A stretch of 64,000 bases of DNA from Callorhinchus milii (GCF_018977255.1 NW_024704742.1:99202001-99266000), one strand, 5' to 3'; positions 13,617 through 26,965 are shown, counted from the first letter of the stretch. Notes: generated by a model not told the origin, from the sequence alone. Translations and numbers: made by a program.

Positions 13617-14496
13617 TCATCCAATCCGCTTAGCTCCCACTCGCTAGTCTCACAATACTCGCCAGCATGAAGGCAAACTTTACGGGTCTCACACCCAAAA
13701 CCCAGACACATGCACCTACCAGCACAGGTTAAACCAGACAAACAAGGTGTTTCCTACACAAAATACACAGTCAAAATGCACTGTATATCCTGAAGTGCCT
13801 TGAGACATCTTATTGCGTCAATATCAAATGCAAGGATTATTACTTCAATGGAACATATATATTTAAGACCATTCATAAAAGGGAATTCAGATCTGAGGCC
13901 AGATAATATAGCTTAATGATTAGCTAGTGAATTACCCCTTTCACGTTGATGTTGAGTATTTGGAGTTTCACTGTTCTCTTTGCCCCAGACCCCTCCAAAA
14001 AAGGGTTAGGCTCTAAGTCAATATAAAATGAGAGCATTGCACATAAACACAGCAGAACTGACTGCTGAGTCCAGTAACAACCTCAGACAATACAGTCCTA
14101 AAGAAAAAGCTTAAGAAAGTCATCCAGGAGAAATATCTTCAAAAGAAAAGCGAGGAACACTGGTCTTGAATTTCACATTCATTTAACTCTACAGAAAGAT
14201 TCTGGCTATATTTCATTGGAAGAGACCTGGAGTAACAGATGCGATCAACAGGTGCTTGATAATACACATTCATTACAGCCAAATGCATATCAAGGAAGAA
14301 TATGTGGCAACAGATGCTTCTGCTTTTTATATTTTCTCCTAGCAGGATTTCTGTTAAACTGTAATTAATGAATGTGTAGTCTTTTCTAAACAGGCGTTTT
14401 GTTCGTCAAACACCTGTCCCTGAATATAAATGTAATTCTAATAGTAAACTCCATTGCTGTCGAGGAGCTGTTAAACAGTGCTCTTATGTCCCCAAA

Positions 14497-14940
14497 CAGC
14501 AACAACTTGCAGTTATATAGTGCCCTTCACATGAGGTAGCGTCCCAGAGCAATTTTCAGTGGCAGAGTCTGACACCGAGCCGGGGAGAGAGAGTGGAGAG
14601 GTGACCCTAAGTACGATCAAAAAAGAAGGTCTTTAGGTAGAAGTTGAAGGTGAGGAGGGAGGGGGCAAGGTGGAGGGATTGAGGGAGAGAGTTCCAGAAT
14701 TTCAGGCAGAGTGGCTGAAGGCACGGCCACCGATGGTGGAGCAGAGGGGACGAGGGATAAACAGGAGGCCGGAGCCAGCCAAGCAGAGGCAGCAGATGGT
14801 GGAGTGGGGGATAAGCAGGTCAGATAGGTAGGGAGGTGCGAGGACATGGAGAGATTTGAAAACGAGTGAGAGATTCTTGAAATTGATCAGTTTGGCAATT
14901 GGGAGCCAGTGGAGCCTGGCAAGGACTGATGTGTTGGGGT
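14497..14940 (-). mobile_element. Older L2 3' fragment
   Basis: Diverged match to the L2 ORF2 C-terminus and tail. Confidence 0.75.
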
Positions 14941-15177
14941 AAATAACTTTTCAATATCAGGATGAAGAATAGCATTTGTAAATCTTGTGTAATGTAATTT
15001 ACACACTACATTTCATCCCCTCAAAAAATATTTAATCAATGCAAATTGTATCTATAGACTGTCTTAAGAACCATAAAGGAATATTAATTATAGAGAACAA
15101 GTTTTTAAAAATTCCAACCTATAAACATCATCTGGTTAAGCTTTGCTTGTGGTTGTATTATCAACCATATCATATCA

Positions 15178-15622
15178 TAGATAATCCAGAACTCTGCAGC
15201 CCGTGTCCTCTCCCGCACCAAACTCCGTGACCCCATCTCCCACACTCTCGACCAACTCCATTGGTTCCCTATCCTTCAGAGAATCCAGTTCAAGATCCTG
15301 GTCCTCACCTACAAAGCCCTCTATGGCCTCACCCCACCCTACCTCTGCGACCTCCTAACCCTCTACCAACCCTCCGCTCAGCCGGTTCCTGTCTGCTCCA
15401 CGACCCCCGACCCACCCGCCCAGAGCCTTCAGCCACTCCGCCCCCAACCTCTGGAATTCCATCCCCCAGTCACTCCGCCTCGCCCCCTCCTTAGCCTCCT
15501 TCAAGTCCCGCCTCAAGACCCTCCTCTTTGACCATGCCATCGGCCCCCTCCCTTCCCTTCTCCCCCCCTGATCCCAGCTCGGGTCTGACATGCTGTACAC
15601 TGTGCAGTGCCTTGGGACGTCC
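15178..15622 (+). mobile_element. L2 3' fragment
   Basis: IQNSAAR...LHW.P...RIQFKIL region, ending at TTGGGACGTCC. Confidence 0.88.
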
Positions 15623-16215
15623 ATTGCATTTTAAATAAGTGAATCTATGTGGATGAATGGCAAGTGCTTTACAAGGTTTGAGCTGAGAGCGAGATGATAT
15701 TACCTTCCAGTTGATGAACAATTAGATACTGACATTTCAGATTTGTATCTCATGCCATTTTTAAATAGCGACATGGGATCTGATTAAAAAGAACCCTGGT
15801 TTCAAGTCTCATCCAGAACACAGTACCTCTGACAATTCAGCTCTCTCCTATTACCACATTCAAGTGTCAGCCTAGACTGTGAGCTCAAATTGTGACATAA
15901 GCTTGAACCCGCATCCTTAATCAGAGCTGCAGTACTACCAACCGAGGTGAACTAATACATGGACAGAAATGATGATTTGTTAAGCTCACCGATTCTCTCT
16001 CAGCGCTGCTTTCGAATGTCACCTAGACAGAGTTCCAAGTCTCCACGTGGAGCTTGAATCCACAACCTTTTGACTCAGAGACGAGAGGACTACCAACTTA
16101 TCTTGGCTTAATCCATTTTGGGTCATTTCATAGTTCGGAATTAATTGCAATGTTTAAAACGTACCGTTCTTTGACCACCAGAAACACACAAGTCATTTTG
16201 TTAATGTGCAGTAAC

Positions 16216-16562
16216 TTTATTTACATATTTAAGTGGGAAATCATTTCATAGAAATGGTTTTAAAACACTTCTATTACATTTTACATAAATAGTATTTAAT
16301 TATAAACAATGCTAAACGCGCTCAAACGAGAAAATATTCAAGGTGCTTCTAAAGTTTTATCCAACCACAATCCCTTTGTGCTCAGACTTGGGCTAAGAAC
16401 ATTGTGCTGCTCTGAACCAATTGGTTGCAAGATAATGCGTGTGGAAGAAGGTACAACGCATGTGTCCAACACATGCATTGCACAATAGTCTAACAGCATT
16501 TGGATTACGGAGTATTTTTACTCCCAGTGACTATACCCCATCTAGAAAAGCAAGTTTTTATT
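16216..16562 (-). terminator. Candidate GRAMD2B polyadenylation signals
   Basis: AATAAA on the minus strand at 16562-16557 and 16221-16216, downstream of the stop codon; which one is used is unknown. Confidence 0.4.
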
Positions 16563-16886
16563 AAAAAAATAGGTAGGGTAACATGAACACCTCTCTCCCT
16601 GTGTAACACTCCCTCCCAGAGACAATAGGAATGTTGCAGATCACCTATAGGTAAAGGACAGGCTGACATAGAATGCTTCATTGCACATATGATGGAAAAC
16701 TGCAGATTGTTGAGAAAGAAGGTCTGTCAACTAAGCAAAGGATTCAAGATTTCATAATCCCAGACTCTGACCAGCAGAGAGTTAATTCAGAGTGTACAGT
16801 ATTCCAGAGATTAGACTGTATGGTGTTTCAGAGTCGAAACCTGGCAGGCACAATGCATTGTTCTTTCAACAGTAGATCTGAGCACT

Positions 16887-16928
16887 TCACTCAGTCTCTT
16901 CCAGCAGTCTTTGTAGATTTTTTTGTAT
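16887..16928 (-). CDS. GRAMD2B: GRAMD2B terminal coding exon 14 (IQKNLQRLLEETE*)
   Basis: CAG acceptor, TGA at 16889-16887. The IQ.NLQ.LLE tail distinguishes GRAMD2B from the shorter GRAMD2A. Confidence 0.93.
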   Translation of the reverse strand: MQKNLQRLLEETE

Positions 16929-18201
16929 CTGAAGTCAAAGAAATAGAATTTTTTAAATGAATAACCTTCTTATACTAGCAGGATGTGCTCATTCATTCAC
17001 CACAATGATGATCCAATTCTAAATGACCAAATTCATAAAATGCTCATTAGTTAATTCAGAACACTTATTTAAACACAATAAGGACCCTTTCCTTCAAAAC
17101 AACATGTCATTGGTATGGAGTGTGGGGAAGAGAGAGAAAGAAGGTGGAAGATTTAGAGTCACGTTATTATATTGGCAGAATTAGGGCTGGGGGAGGGGAA
17201 TTATTTTGCATTTTTTCAACAGATAGTGGCCCTAAAAATGTAAAAAAACAATCACTGTTGGTATGCTTTGATGCATATAAGGAAGAACGAGAGTGAGTAA
17301 GTGGTTTATATGCAGGTGTAGTTTCAAATTTGGGTCCACTTTCCATACACACAATATAAATCCTTGGAAGGGTAAGAAAGCTCGTAGTTAGTCACATTAC
17401 ACCAAGCGTTAATGATGAATTTACTCCGTTGTAATGTAGGAATTTTGCCCCACCCTTACTTTGACCTCTCATGTTGCGATGCAGTTCCATCAGCATTTCT
17501 CTGCTACTTTATAAGAACCTGATTTAGGATTCAATTTTAATGTAGAAATCCAGACAGCAAGTTTCATCATGAGGGAAAAAAATAACCTTCAAGTTAAATC
17601 CTGTTCTGACAGCAGCCCTGAATCACTGAATAGGAGTAATAAAAGTCTAATGGCAGACATTTGAGGCAGATTTCTAACAAGATATCTGAAGATTCTTGGT
17701 GGAACATTTTTTTTAGGTTTAGTTAACTATCTGTCGACAGAATGCAAAACATACCCCCTTACCCCTTCAGGAATCTTGCAAATGAATATTCACCATCCTC
17801 ATATCAGTACATTTTCCTCCCTTCTCTTCCTCCCTTTCTGAAGACAATGACCATCTTTGAAGCACTGTTCAACTGGCATACTAAGCTGTCATGAGCAAGT
17901 CTGGACAGATACCATTGGAAGGTAAGTGGATCACTACCAAGATCCAACACATCCTTATCTGACTGTTTATAGTAACACAAGGAGCCAGAATCTTTGGCTG
18001 ATAGCCTTCCCCCTTCCTAGCTTAAAGGTGCTGAAAGTCATTTTAGGAACCAAATTACTATCACAGCTAACTGCACAGCTCAAGGATCATTCAGGCCCGC
18101 ATTGTACAGAACACACAATAACTGTAGGAATGAAGTTTTGTGGGAGGCCATCCTGGTTTTATTCATAAGTAGATAGGTTTTATTTAAAAAAAGCAACTCA
18201 C

Positions 18202-18295
18202 TTTTTCCAATTTTGCGAGATTTTCCGTTAATTCGTCGTAGATCATGTCAGTATTAACTTGGAGCTGCAGTCCCATGTCACGCCGAGAGAACAAG
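18202..18295 (-). CDS. GRAMD2B: GRAMD2B coding exon 13 (LFSRRDMGLQLQVNTDMIYDELTENLAKLEK)
   Basis: CAG acceptor, GTGAGT donor, 94 nt, phase 2 to 0, ELT.N..KLEK coiled coil. Confidence 0.93.
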
Positions 18296-20149
18296 CTGCA
18301 CAAATCAGAGTGAAGTATACTTAATAAAAATAATCACTCCTTAAGTATTTTTGTAGGACATTTTCTTGGATAGTTTTAATAAAGTTCTATCAGACTTATT
18401 TTTGTGGTGAAACTGAAGTTTTTTTTAAAAACAGAAAACATTTGGTCATTACCAAGTTGCCATATTCAACATTTAGTACAAACTTTTACAACAGAAGGAA
18501 ATTAAAAAAACACGAGTGACTTTTTGGGGTTTCAGTACTTATCAGCCAACCACATTACATGTACCTTTCTCCTTACCATAAATAACAATTAATCATTGGT
18601 AAACAGTGAGAACTTACTATATATTTAATGTTTTGTTATCAAATTGTTTAAACATTGAATTCACTATGAATGCATTAGTGAATATGAATACATTATTTAG
18701 AAAGTCATAACTGCTTATTGAGGAACACCACAAATTTAACCTCAGTAAGAACCCAATCTGGGTAAACTATTCATTCAAAGCCATATTCATTGTACATCGT
18801 TCAGAAAAAGTGGGCAGGAAGCTCTCTGCCAGTAACCAGAATGGTCATTTGCACAGAATAAAGAAACAATCCAGATAAGCACTTCCACCTTTCTCCAGAA
18901 GAGGATCAACTTTTTAGGAATGCTCGGATTACCGCACCATGTAAATACAATGCATTTACTTTTATATAAACGCCTTTCACGTGAGGAGGGCATCTCAAAG
19001 CATTTTACAGAGGTGGCTAGGCACCCAAGCTGGAGATTGGGGGAGGGGGGGGGAGAGGGGCAGAGCTGAAGAAGGTGGGGAAGGCAGATGACTGAAAGTG
19101 CAGTCAAAGAGAGGGCTGTGAAAGTAGGAGGGTGGGGGCAAGTTAGATATTTACGATGTACAATACTGTATATTGTATAGACTCAGTGCAACAACTGGTT
19201 CTAATATGGAGGAGCTATGAGAATTAACTTGTGATTTTCTGTGTGTAGCTGAACGTTTGATTCAGTTCTTTTAAACACTTTTTTAAAAAAATCACAGCTT
19301 CATTACAAAGCTTTACGTGCCTCAGTTACTACACTGAAGAGGAAATCCACGAGTCAAGGAAAGTAAATACTGAGGCAGCAGGTTTTAAGGCTACACAAGA
19401 TCGTGAGATACACATGCGTGAGATACACATGCATCAGTGAATGGAATTCCATAATTACAGAACACAAAATGTCTTGCTGTCTCATGGGAATGATCTACTT
19501 TTGTCTACAAATACAGTCACTACACAGAGACATTGTCAAAGTGATAAGGGGCTATATAAATTGCAAAGGTTATTTTCAGCACAGTTTGTACAGGTTGGTG
19601 TGATGTATGTACTCCTGATCCCCACTCAGATTATTTAAGGAATCCTTCTTAGAAATTATGGCATAATGCATCAGACAAGAGGCAGTGTTTCCCAAAGCTG
19701 CATTTCTTCATTTGTCACATAATATCGCATTTGATATTGTGCCTTATCACATGTCGAGACAAAGATCACAAAAAGCTTCACAGAATTTTACTGTGAAACG
19801 TAGTGCTGGTGCAAATGAACACGACAGCTAATTCACACACAGTAGTGACCCACAAACACAAGAGACAACATTCCAGAATTCTAAAAATGAGCACTTAAAA
19901 ACTGGTAAATCAGTTATGCTCACTTTGCAGTTGGAGGGCAGTTAGTACTAGAGGCCATTAATTTCATGTGAGGCACTAGTCAGCATTGCAATCAAAACTG
20001 TTCCAGGGAAGAGGTCAAACACCCCATCAATCCTTATTATTGACCGGACTTACAATCATTCCTGTGCTTTCAGTTTTTAAAAAAGCCTGGTTACAAAAGC
20101 AAAACAAAATAAACAGAGGCAGCTTCGCCAACTGGAAGGGAGCACTTAC

Positions 20150-20260
20150 TCTTTGTGATGGTCCTGGTACTCTGGTAACGTTCCCATTGAGGCCAGGCGC
20201 TGCTCCAAAGCAATTATCTTTAAGCCCATGTAGCAAGAGGAGATAACCAATATAACAACC
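20150..20260 (-). CDS. GRAMD2B: GRAMD2B coding exon 12 (VVILVISSCYMGLKIIALEQRLASMGTLPEYQDHHK), transmembrane helix
   Basis: CAG acceptor, GTAAGT donor, 111 nt, phase 2 to 2, ISS.YM..KI..LE..L motif of the GRAMD2 family. Confidence 0.94.
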
Positions 20261-20804
20261 CTGTAAAACAGAGCAATCCTCTAACTTTGTGTTGCTTGGT
20301 GCAGTAAAATAAACAGATTCCTATGCAACTTTACACATGTTCAGAAGCTATTTAAGTTCAACATTTCACATTTGCAGTAGTAGCTATTGTATCCAGCAAC
20401 ACCTTTTTCTGAAGACCAGATTTATAGTCTGTTCCCGGTTTTAAATCAGCCATCCAGCTAATAACAAAAAAAAAGGTAATTTAGACTATTTCCCTCACAC
20501 TTGATACAAGACAACAGCCTGGCTCAATTGGTAAAAATCTTGCCTCCATATCGGAAGGTTGTGGGTTCAAGCCCCATATCCCAGAGATCGAGCTCAAAGT
20601 CTAGGCTGACATTCCATTTCCAAGGTCGGGCAGCACTACATTGTAAATATGGCTCAAATTGTAGCAGTCTTGCCTCCAGACTAGAGGATTCAAACTCCAC
20701 ATCAAGACCCAAACTCAATGTAGACTGACATCAGATTGTACTGGGCAAGTGCTGCATTTCTGGGGTTTGGGTGAGAAATTTAGTTTCTCTCTGCCTGGAT
20801 ATTT

Positions 20805-21126
20805 GTGGAGTCCTGTAGCTCAGTGGTTAGAGCACTCGCTTTGCAAGCGAGAGACCTGAGTTCAATTCCAGGCAGGGCGAAACCTTGGGCAAGTTTCCTT
20901 ACTCCACACGCCTAATAATAATCCCTCCAAAAAAAACAATAATAAATTGGTCATTTTCAATCTACGACTGTTTGTGGGACATTGCTGTGCGCAATTTGGC
21001 TGCCGCGTTCGCCCACAAATATACAGTCAATTCACTTTACAGTGTGTTCTGTGAAGCGCTTTGGGACGTCCTCCCGACGTGAAAAGCGCTATATCAAATG
21101 CAAGGATTATTATTATTATTATTATT
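20805..21126 (+). mobile_element. Full-length young tRNA-Ala SINE (subfamily A), in GRAMD2B intron 11
   Basis: A box TAGCTCAGTGG, anticodon arm CTCGC-TTTGCAA-GCGAG, B box GAGTTCAATTC, L2-like tail, (ATT)n. Confidence 0.95.
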
Positions 21127-21869
21127 AAAGCTTTTTGAATGAAGAGAACTACTTCCTCCTGCTGTCCTGGAGATGTGCCCTGTTTTTAGTGACCCTTCAA
21201 ATTCTATTTTCTCTCACACACAGAGACTGTCAGGAATCTTGTATCCTAGCCAGTAAACCAAGACCACTGCTAATTCAATTTTAATAACCATTAATTTCTA
21301 ATCAGATGATTTGTGGGATTATTCTAATAAAACTGATGTATGTTTGCCATCTCCATTTCCACCAAAGTTTCACTTATTTAAAATGCAATGGATTGACTCA
21401 AACAAAGTGGGATTTGGGGGGGGTTGGGGATTTTTCAGGAATCAAGTAAATGAGTGTTACGTTTCCCTCCAACTACGCCCTCCTCAGTTTTGCCAGTGCC
21501 AGGATCAAGAACTCCTTGATCAGGTGTGGCAGAATGAATGCCCAATGACTCAACCACGATTTACAGAATCCAGCATTTCCCACAATAGTCATCTTTGTGA
21601 CCGCTTGGTAGGACTGACCCATTTTGACTAGTTTTGTGCTTCAGGTCTAAGCCTCATCAGAACCTGGCTCGAGACGGTACAAACCACACTGATTTTATAA
21701 AGATCCATTTACAACTCCAGAAGGAAATAAAGCTTCATTCCATAGGGGATAGATTCAAAGGCTGAGACAAGAGCTGGAACAGCAACTGCCTAACTTTAAT
21801 CCAAGAAGCTGCAAAAACTCTGTAGCACCTCTCCAGCTGTATTGCAAAATAAATGAAGATCATACTCAC

Positions 21870-21966
21870 ACGATCAGGTAGAGCCCCAACAAGCTATTCA
21901 CAGAGATGTATTGCAATACATCGTTGGGCTTGGCTTTGTCTGAAACATCCCACACCACTGAATGTT
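21870..21966 (-). CDS. GRAMD2B: GRAMD2B coding exon 11 (HSVVWDVSDKAKPNDVLQYISVNSLLGLYLI), start of transmembrane helix
   Basis: Pyrimidine tract plus CAG acceptor, GTGAGT donor, 97 nt, phase 1 to 2. Confidence 0.88.
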
Positions 21967-23664
21967 CTGCAAGGAGGAGAAGATCAGAAAGATTTGCTTC
22001 ATCAAGAAAAAGGGATCACGTACGAGAAGCTATCAATAATTAGGGGTTGGAGGAAAGGAAAAATAAACAGTATTTTAAGGACACAGCAATACTTTGCTAA
22101 TTGTTCACTCACTCTGAGTTTGTATACATTGCCAATGGCAAAAGTCACAGAATCCTTCAGTGAGATCGAACCAAACTCCTAATCTTGTATGTCAGACATT
22201 AATACCTTACTTTGTTTTTAAAAGGAGCACCACGCAAAAATACAATTTGATCTTTCATTCGATGCCTATCATTTGGGGAGCCACTGTTAAACTACGTAAG
22301 TTAACATAGTTGCAAAACTCTGAAATTTTTTGATTCTAACTTTCTTGTGAAAGTTGCCTTTTTGTCACATTATCTATGTTTTGTGGCTGGGAGCAAGCTC
22401 TTTTGTTTTCTTCAGTAACTGAAGCTGAAAGTCTATACAATGTCGCTTTTTTGGTTCTTTATACTGTTGGTCGCTAGTATGAGTGGGTCAGTCATGGTAT
22501 GAACTCTGCCCCAGGGATCATTCCCCCAGTATTCTCAACACAACATCTGGTGTAAATGAAACTTAACAATAAAAAGCATCTTGCTTCAGAACAAAAGCTC
22601 CCACAGTGCAGCCTGGTGCTGGCATCTATTACAAGTGTGGCCCTTTGAAGTTTCCCATTACTGATTTTTTTTTAAAAAAAATGAAAATTTCAAAACGATT
22701 TCATACGTTTTTAAAGAAATGAAATGTATCAAAATAAGTAACCACTGAAGCTAACTTTCTACAGTGCATTTTCTGAGTTTCTTTAAACCAGAAAGTGAGG
22801 TTTAAAGTCAGGAATAAGGGGCAACATAAACATCGCTTCATACCACAAAACATCCCGAGGATACAACTCCTCCAAGGAATTCCAAGAATAACCTGCTGAC
22901 TCAAGATAAGAGCAAAATTCTCCCAAGTCAGTATAACATACAGGATTTCTGCAAGAGATAAGCTTTATGTACTGAAGCTTTTTTTAAAAAAACTGAAATC
23001 CCAGAAAATGTATCTTTCAAAGTTTAAGAAACAATTGCCTTGTTTCCTCATTTACATGAATTAGAAAGCAATTTAAATCAGAGACATCTACTCCACATAC
23101 AAAGGACATCACATACATAGGTGCAGAAACCTACAAACACTTAGCTAAAAGTGAACCATGTACTTTGCTAGACATTAGGTCACATACCAAGACATTAGAG
23201 AAGGATGTCTTTCGCCGGGTCCTGGCCAACAATCCCCCAAATAAAATCAGTTATTCACTGAATGGCCATTTGTGAGACATTGATGTATGCAAATTAGCTG
23301 GCAGATTCTTCCCAAAATACAGTCATACCACTTTACAGCATATCTTGTTAAGTGCATCGAGATGTTTCCACCTAAGGCATCGAATGCATAAATAATTATA
23401 ATGTGTATTGTGTAACCCGATTATATACATGGATGAGAGGAAACAAAAAGTGAACTTTTGTAGAAAAGAATCCATTTCGCAATACATGCATCAAGTCACA
23501 AGGTAACTAACTGGAAATCATACATAAGAGATAGCAATGTTGAAATGGGTTTTGGGCCGTCCCATTAACCTGAGTCACTGCAATAACATCAGGCTCAGAA
23601 AATTCTCTTGAATGTAAAGACTTGGTGAACTCCTCTCACTGAATGAATTGCCAACAGAACTCAC

Positions 23665-23784
23665 TATTCTCGTGGCGAATGTTTCTCTTTGTTTCGGTTG
23701 TGTCTTTTACTTGGACATCAGCTGACACAGGAATGTCAACATTCTTTGCGATTTTCAGCAGGGTTTGGGTCTCGGCAATAGACT
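23665..23784 (-). CDS. GRAMD2B: GRAMD2B coding exon 10 (SIAETQTLLKIAK...KRNIRHEN)
   Basis: CAG acceptor, GTGAGT donor, 120 nt, phase 1 to 1, open frame. Confidence 0.88.
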
Positions 23785-24462
23785 CTGTTGAAAAAGAGAT
23801 TCAGTTACTTGTAGTAGCTCATGCTGCAAAGTATAAAAGCTGCATTCGGAATATGTGAAAGATTGCTGCAATCTGGAGTGTGAATTTTGTACAGTTTGTA
23901 CAATTCAGGGTAGCAATGCAACACACCCAGAGCATAAACAAACAACCCAATAACTTTGGCTGCATTGTTGAATATTCCAATCGCATCTGAGATTACTTGA
24001 TTTAGAGATCAGACCACTTACGTATCAAGCAAACACTGAACTATCCAACCCTTGGGATGACCCTTTGACATGAAAGGCACAATCTAAATGTAAATTTGTT
24101 GTTGAAGGACTTTACAGGACAGTATGGAATACCAAGAAAATTGGAAAGGAGGAAAGTGACTAAAAGGGATGGTCGATTTGAAAAGGGTTTTGAAGACCGG
24201 GAGAGAAGGTGCAAGCCAGTGCAAGTTCTGGAGAGCAGGATCATCAGCTAATTCAAGGTATTCAAGCAGTCTTACTAAAAATGGCAGTCAGTAAGTTTAT
24301 AACTTCAATTATACCTCTTGTGGGTTTCAAGAGGGAAGTGACCATGTACTAAAGATAGAGGCTTTAATGTGTATGGGGATATGGCAAGCAGGATTGAATG
24401 AACACCTTGCTTTGAGAGCTGGTGAAAAGTCAATGGGCCAAATGGCCTCCAATTTATATGAA

Positions 24463-25436
24463 TGATCTACATAAATGATCTGGACTTGGGTATAGCAAGC
24501 ACCATTTCCAAGTTTGCGGACGACACAAAGTTAGGTAGGGTGGTAAACAATGAGAAGGAGAGGAGCCAACTGCAGGAAAACATAGACAGAATGGTAAAAT
24601 GGGCAGACACATGGCAGATGAGTTTCAATGTAGAGAAATGCGAAGTAATGCATTTTGTTAGAAAGAATGAGGGGAGGCAATACAGGCTGGTAATACAATC
24701 TTAAAGGGGGTAAAAGAACAGAGAGACCTGGGGGTGCAGGTAAATGAATCCTTGAAGGTGGCAGGACAGGTAGATAAGGCTGTAAAAAGGGCAAATGGGA
24801 TTCTAGGCTTTATAAATAGGGGCATAGAGTACAAGAGTCAGGAGGTTATGATTAACCTATATAAAACACTGGTTAGGCCTCAGTTAGAATACTGAGCCCA
24901 GTTCTGGGCACCACACTATAGGAAGGATGTTAAGGCATTGGAAAGGGTGCAGAGGAGATTTACAAGTATGGTACCAGGAATGAGGGACCTTGATCATGAG
25001 GAAAGGCGAGTGAGGCTGGGATTATCCTCATTGGAGCAGAGAAGGTTACGAGGAGACCTAATAGAGGTCTTCAAAATCATGAGGGGATTTGATAGGTTAG
25101 AAAGGGAAAAACTGTTTCCACTGGTGGGTGTGTCGGTGACTCGAGGTCACAGATTCAAAATAGTTTCTAAAAGAAGCAGAGGGGAGGTGAGAAGAATTTT
25201 TTTCACGCAGCGAGTTGTTCCAATCTGGAATGCATTGCCTGAAAGAGCGGTCGAGGCCGATTCGATAACTACTTTTAAAAACGCGGTGGACGGGTATTTG
25301 AGGAGGACGGGTTTGCAGGGTTATGGGGAAAGGGCTGGGGAGTGGGATTGGCATTAATTGCTCTATTCAAAGAGCCAGCACAGACTCGATGGGCCGAATG
25401 GCCTCTTTTTGTGCTGTACGATTCTATGATTCTATG
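24463..25436 (+). mobile_element. CR1 LINE 3' portion, in intron 9
   Basis: YINDL, KFADDTKL, ERVQRRFT and FFTQRVV motifs; (ATTCTATG)2 tail; in-frame stop and frameshifts. Confidence 0.95.
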
Positions 25437-25447
25437 AATTTACTGAC

Positions 25448-25553
25448 CTTGAGAATTTTCAGACTCTGGGGTTTGAGACCCAGAGCAACTGGACTGCTCC
25501 AACCCTCGTCTTCTGCGCACGTCCAGATCAGACAGATCTTCAATATTAAAATC
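25448..25553 (-). CDS. GRAMD2B: GRAMD2B coding exon 9 (DFNIEDLSDLDVRRRRGLEQSSCSGSQTPESENSQ)
   Basis: AAG acceptor, GTCAGT donor, 106 nt, phase 0 to 1, SGSQTPESENS motif. Confidence 0.92.
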
Positions 25554-25779
25554 CTTTTTTATAATAAAAAAAGGAAACAAAGGGTTATGAATAGGATAAA
25601 TATTTGAAGGGAAACAATATGTAGGGAAAGAACAGCAAATCGGGTTTAGAATGAATAACTCTAACCCCAGATTGGCTTGATAATTTTTGGGGCATATTCT
25701 GACAATCTGAGAAAGCCAGAAGCAGCAGGTGTAACCTGGTACCTGAGCCAGTGGTTTACCAATAAATCACTAAAGCCAA

Positions 25780-26200
25780 CCTTGCCCAGCTCCACATTCC
25801 CCAGCGGATCGAGTTCAAGAAATTCATCCTAACCTTTAAATCTCTCCATGGTCTTTCCCTACCCGAACTCTGTCACCTCCTCAAACCTTACCAACCTAGC
25901 CACTCCATCCATTCAGTGGCCCCAGCCTGGTTCACAGCATCCCTTGCCCCTCCAACAGTGTTTGGGCTTTCAGCGCATTTGCCCCCACTCTCTGGAAATC
26001 CATCCCAGAGTCCTTACAACTTGCCCCTTCCCTCACCTCTTTCAAGGTCTGCCTCAAGACCTTCCTCTAACTGCACTTTCAGTCACTTTATCCCTTCACC
26101 CCCCCCCCCCACCATGCATCCCCAATGCGAACCCTGGATTGTTCAATGCCTAGAGATGTTCTCCCTATGTGAAAGGTGCTATGCAAATTTACATTGTATT
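25780..26200 (+). mobile_element. Older L2 3' fragment
   Basis: Diverged match to the L2 3' region. Confidence 0.7.
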
Positions 26201-26360
26201 GGAGTCAGCTAGTTTCAGACTATAAAATGGAGCAGGATCAAATAGTTTTTGTAAGTTAAAATCTTCTTTTAACAATTCTTATCCTATTCTTCTCTGACAA
26301 TGCAAGCTAAACGTAGGCAGTGTTTGCATACGATACATTCAACCTTAAAGAATGTCTTTA

Positions 26361-26768
26361 CAATAATAATCATCCTTATATTTGATTACTTTTCACATCA
26401 GGAGGATGTCTCAAAGCGCTTCACAGGGCATCCTGTAAAGAGCTTTGACTATTTTGTAGGTGAATGTGGCAGCCATTTTGCACATAGCAATGGCCCACAA
26501 ACAGCCAAGATGAGAATGACCAATTATATTTGGGGGCTTCTGGTAGAAACTCCCTTCTGTTTTCAAAAGTTTTGCTACGGGATCTTTAACATCCACGCGA
26601 ATAAACAGACGGGACTTCGGTTTAACTTCTCATCTGAAGGACAGCACTGCAGCACATTCCAGCACTGTATTCGAGTGTTAGCCTAGAATAAGTTCAAAGT
26701 CCAGACTTGAAACTTGAACCCACAATCTTCCAACTCGGAGGTGAGAGTGCTGAGCCAGGCTGACACCC
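26361..26768 (-). mobile_element. Old DeuSINE-type element, near full length
   Basis: tRNA head plus Deu-like core (GATGAGAAGTTAAACCGAAGTCCCGTCTG...AAAGATCCCG) plus L2-like tail. Confidence 0.75.
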
Positions 26769-26884
26769 TAAGGTCACTAATACACATTATCATAAAGTAG
26801 CAACTCTTGGCATAGCTGATCAGATGATGAACACGTAGCAAACCTGGAAGTGGAGACCGTGAGGAACTGTGCGTTCCAACTTAC

Positions 26885-26965
26885 CAGAGGTAATGATGTT
26901 GGTCGTTCTGTTCGGAAGCTGCTCACAACAGAAGAGGTTATTGTACTGCTATCGTCATATTTCCC
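26885..26965 (-). CDS. GRAMD2B: GRAMD2B coding exon 8 (GKYDDSSTITSSVVSSFRTERPTSLPL)
   Basis: TAG acceptor, GTAAGT donor, 81 nt, phase 0 to 0, SFR..RP.SLPL motif. Confidence 0.92.

Noticed and set aside
1..16000. ALDH7A1 3' exons, the convergent neighbour of GRAMD2B in mammals
   Set aside because: I saw no ALDH7A1 C-terminal motifs on the plus strand. The gene may lie beyond the window, or synteny may differ.
19402..19432. 15-bp tandem duplication CGTGAGATACACATG x2
   Set aside because: An ordinary slippage duplication in an intron.
20805..20880. tRNA-Ala(TGC) gene
   Set aside because: This is the SINE head. The T and acceptor stems pair poorly, and it runs into the SINE body in every copy.
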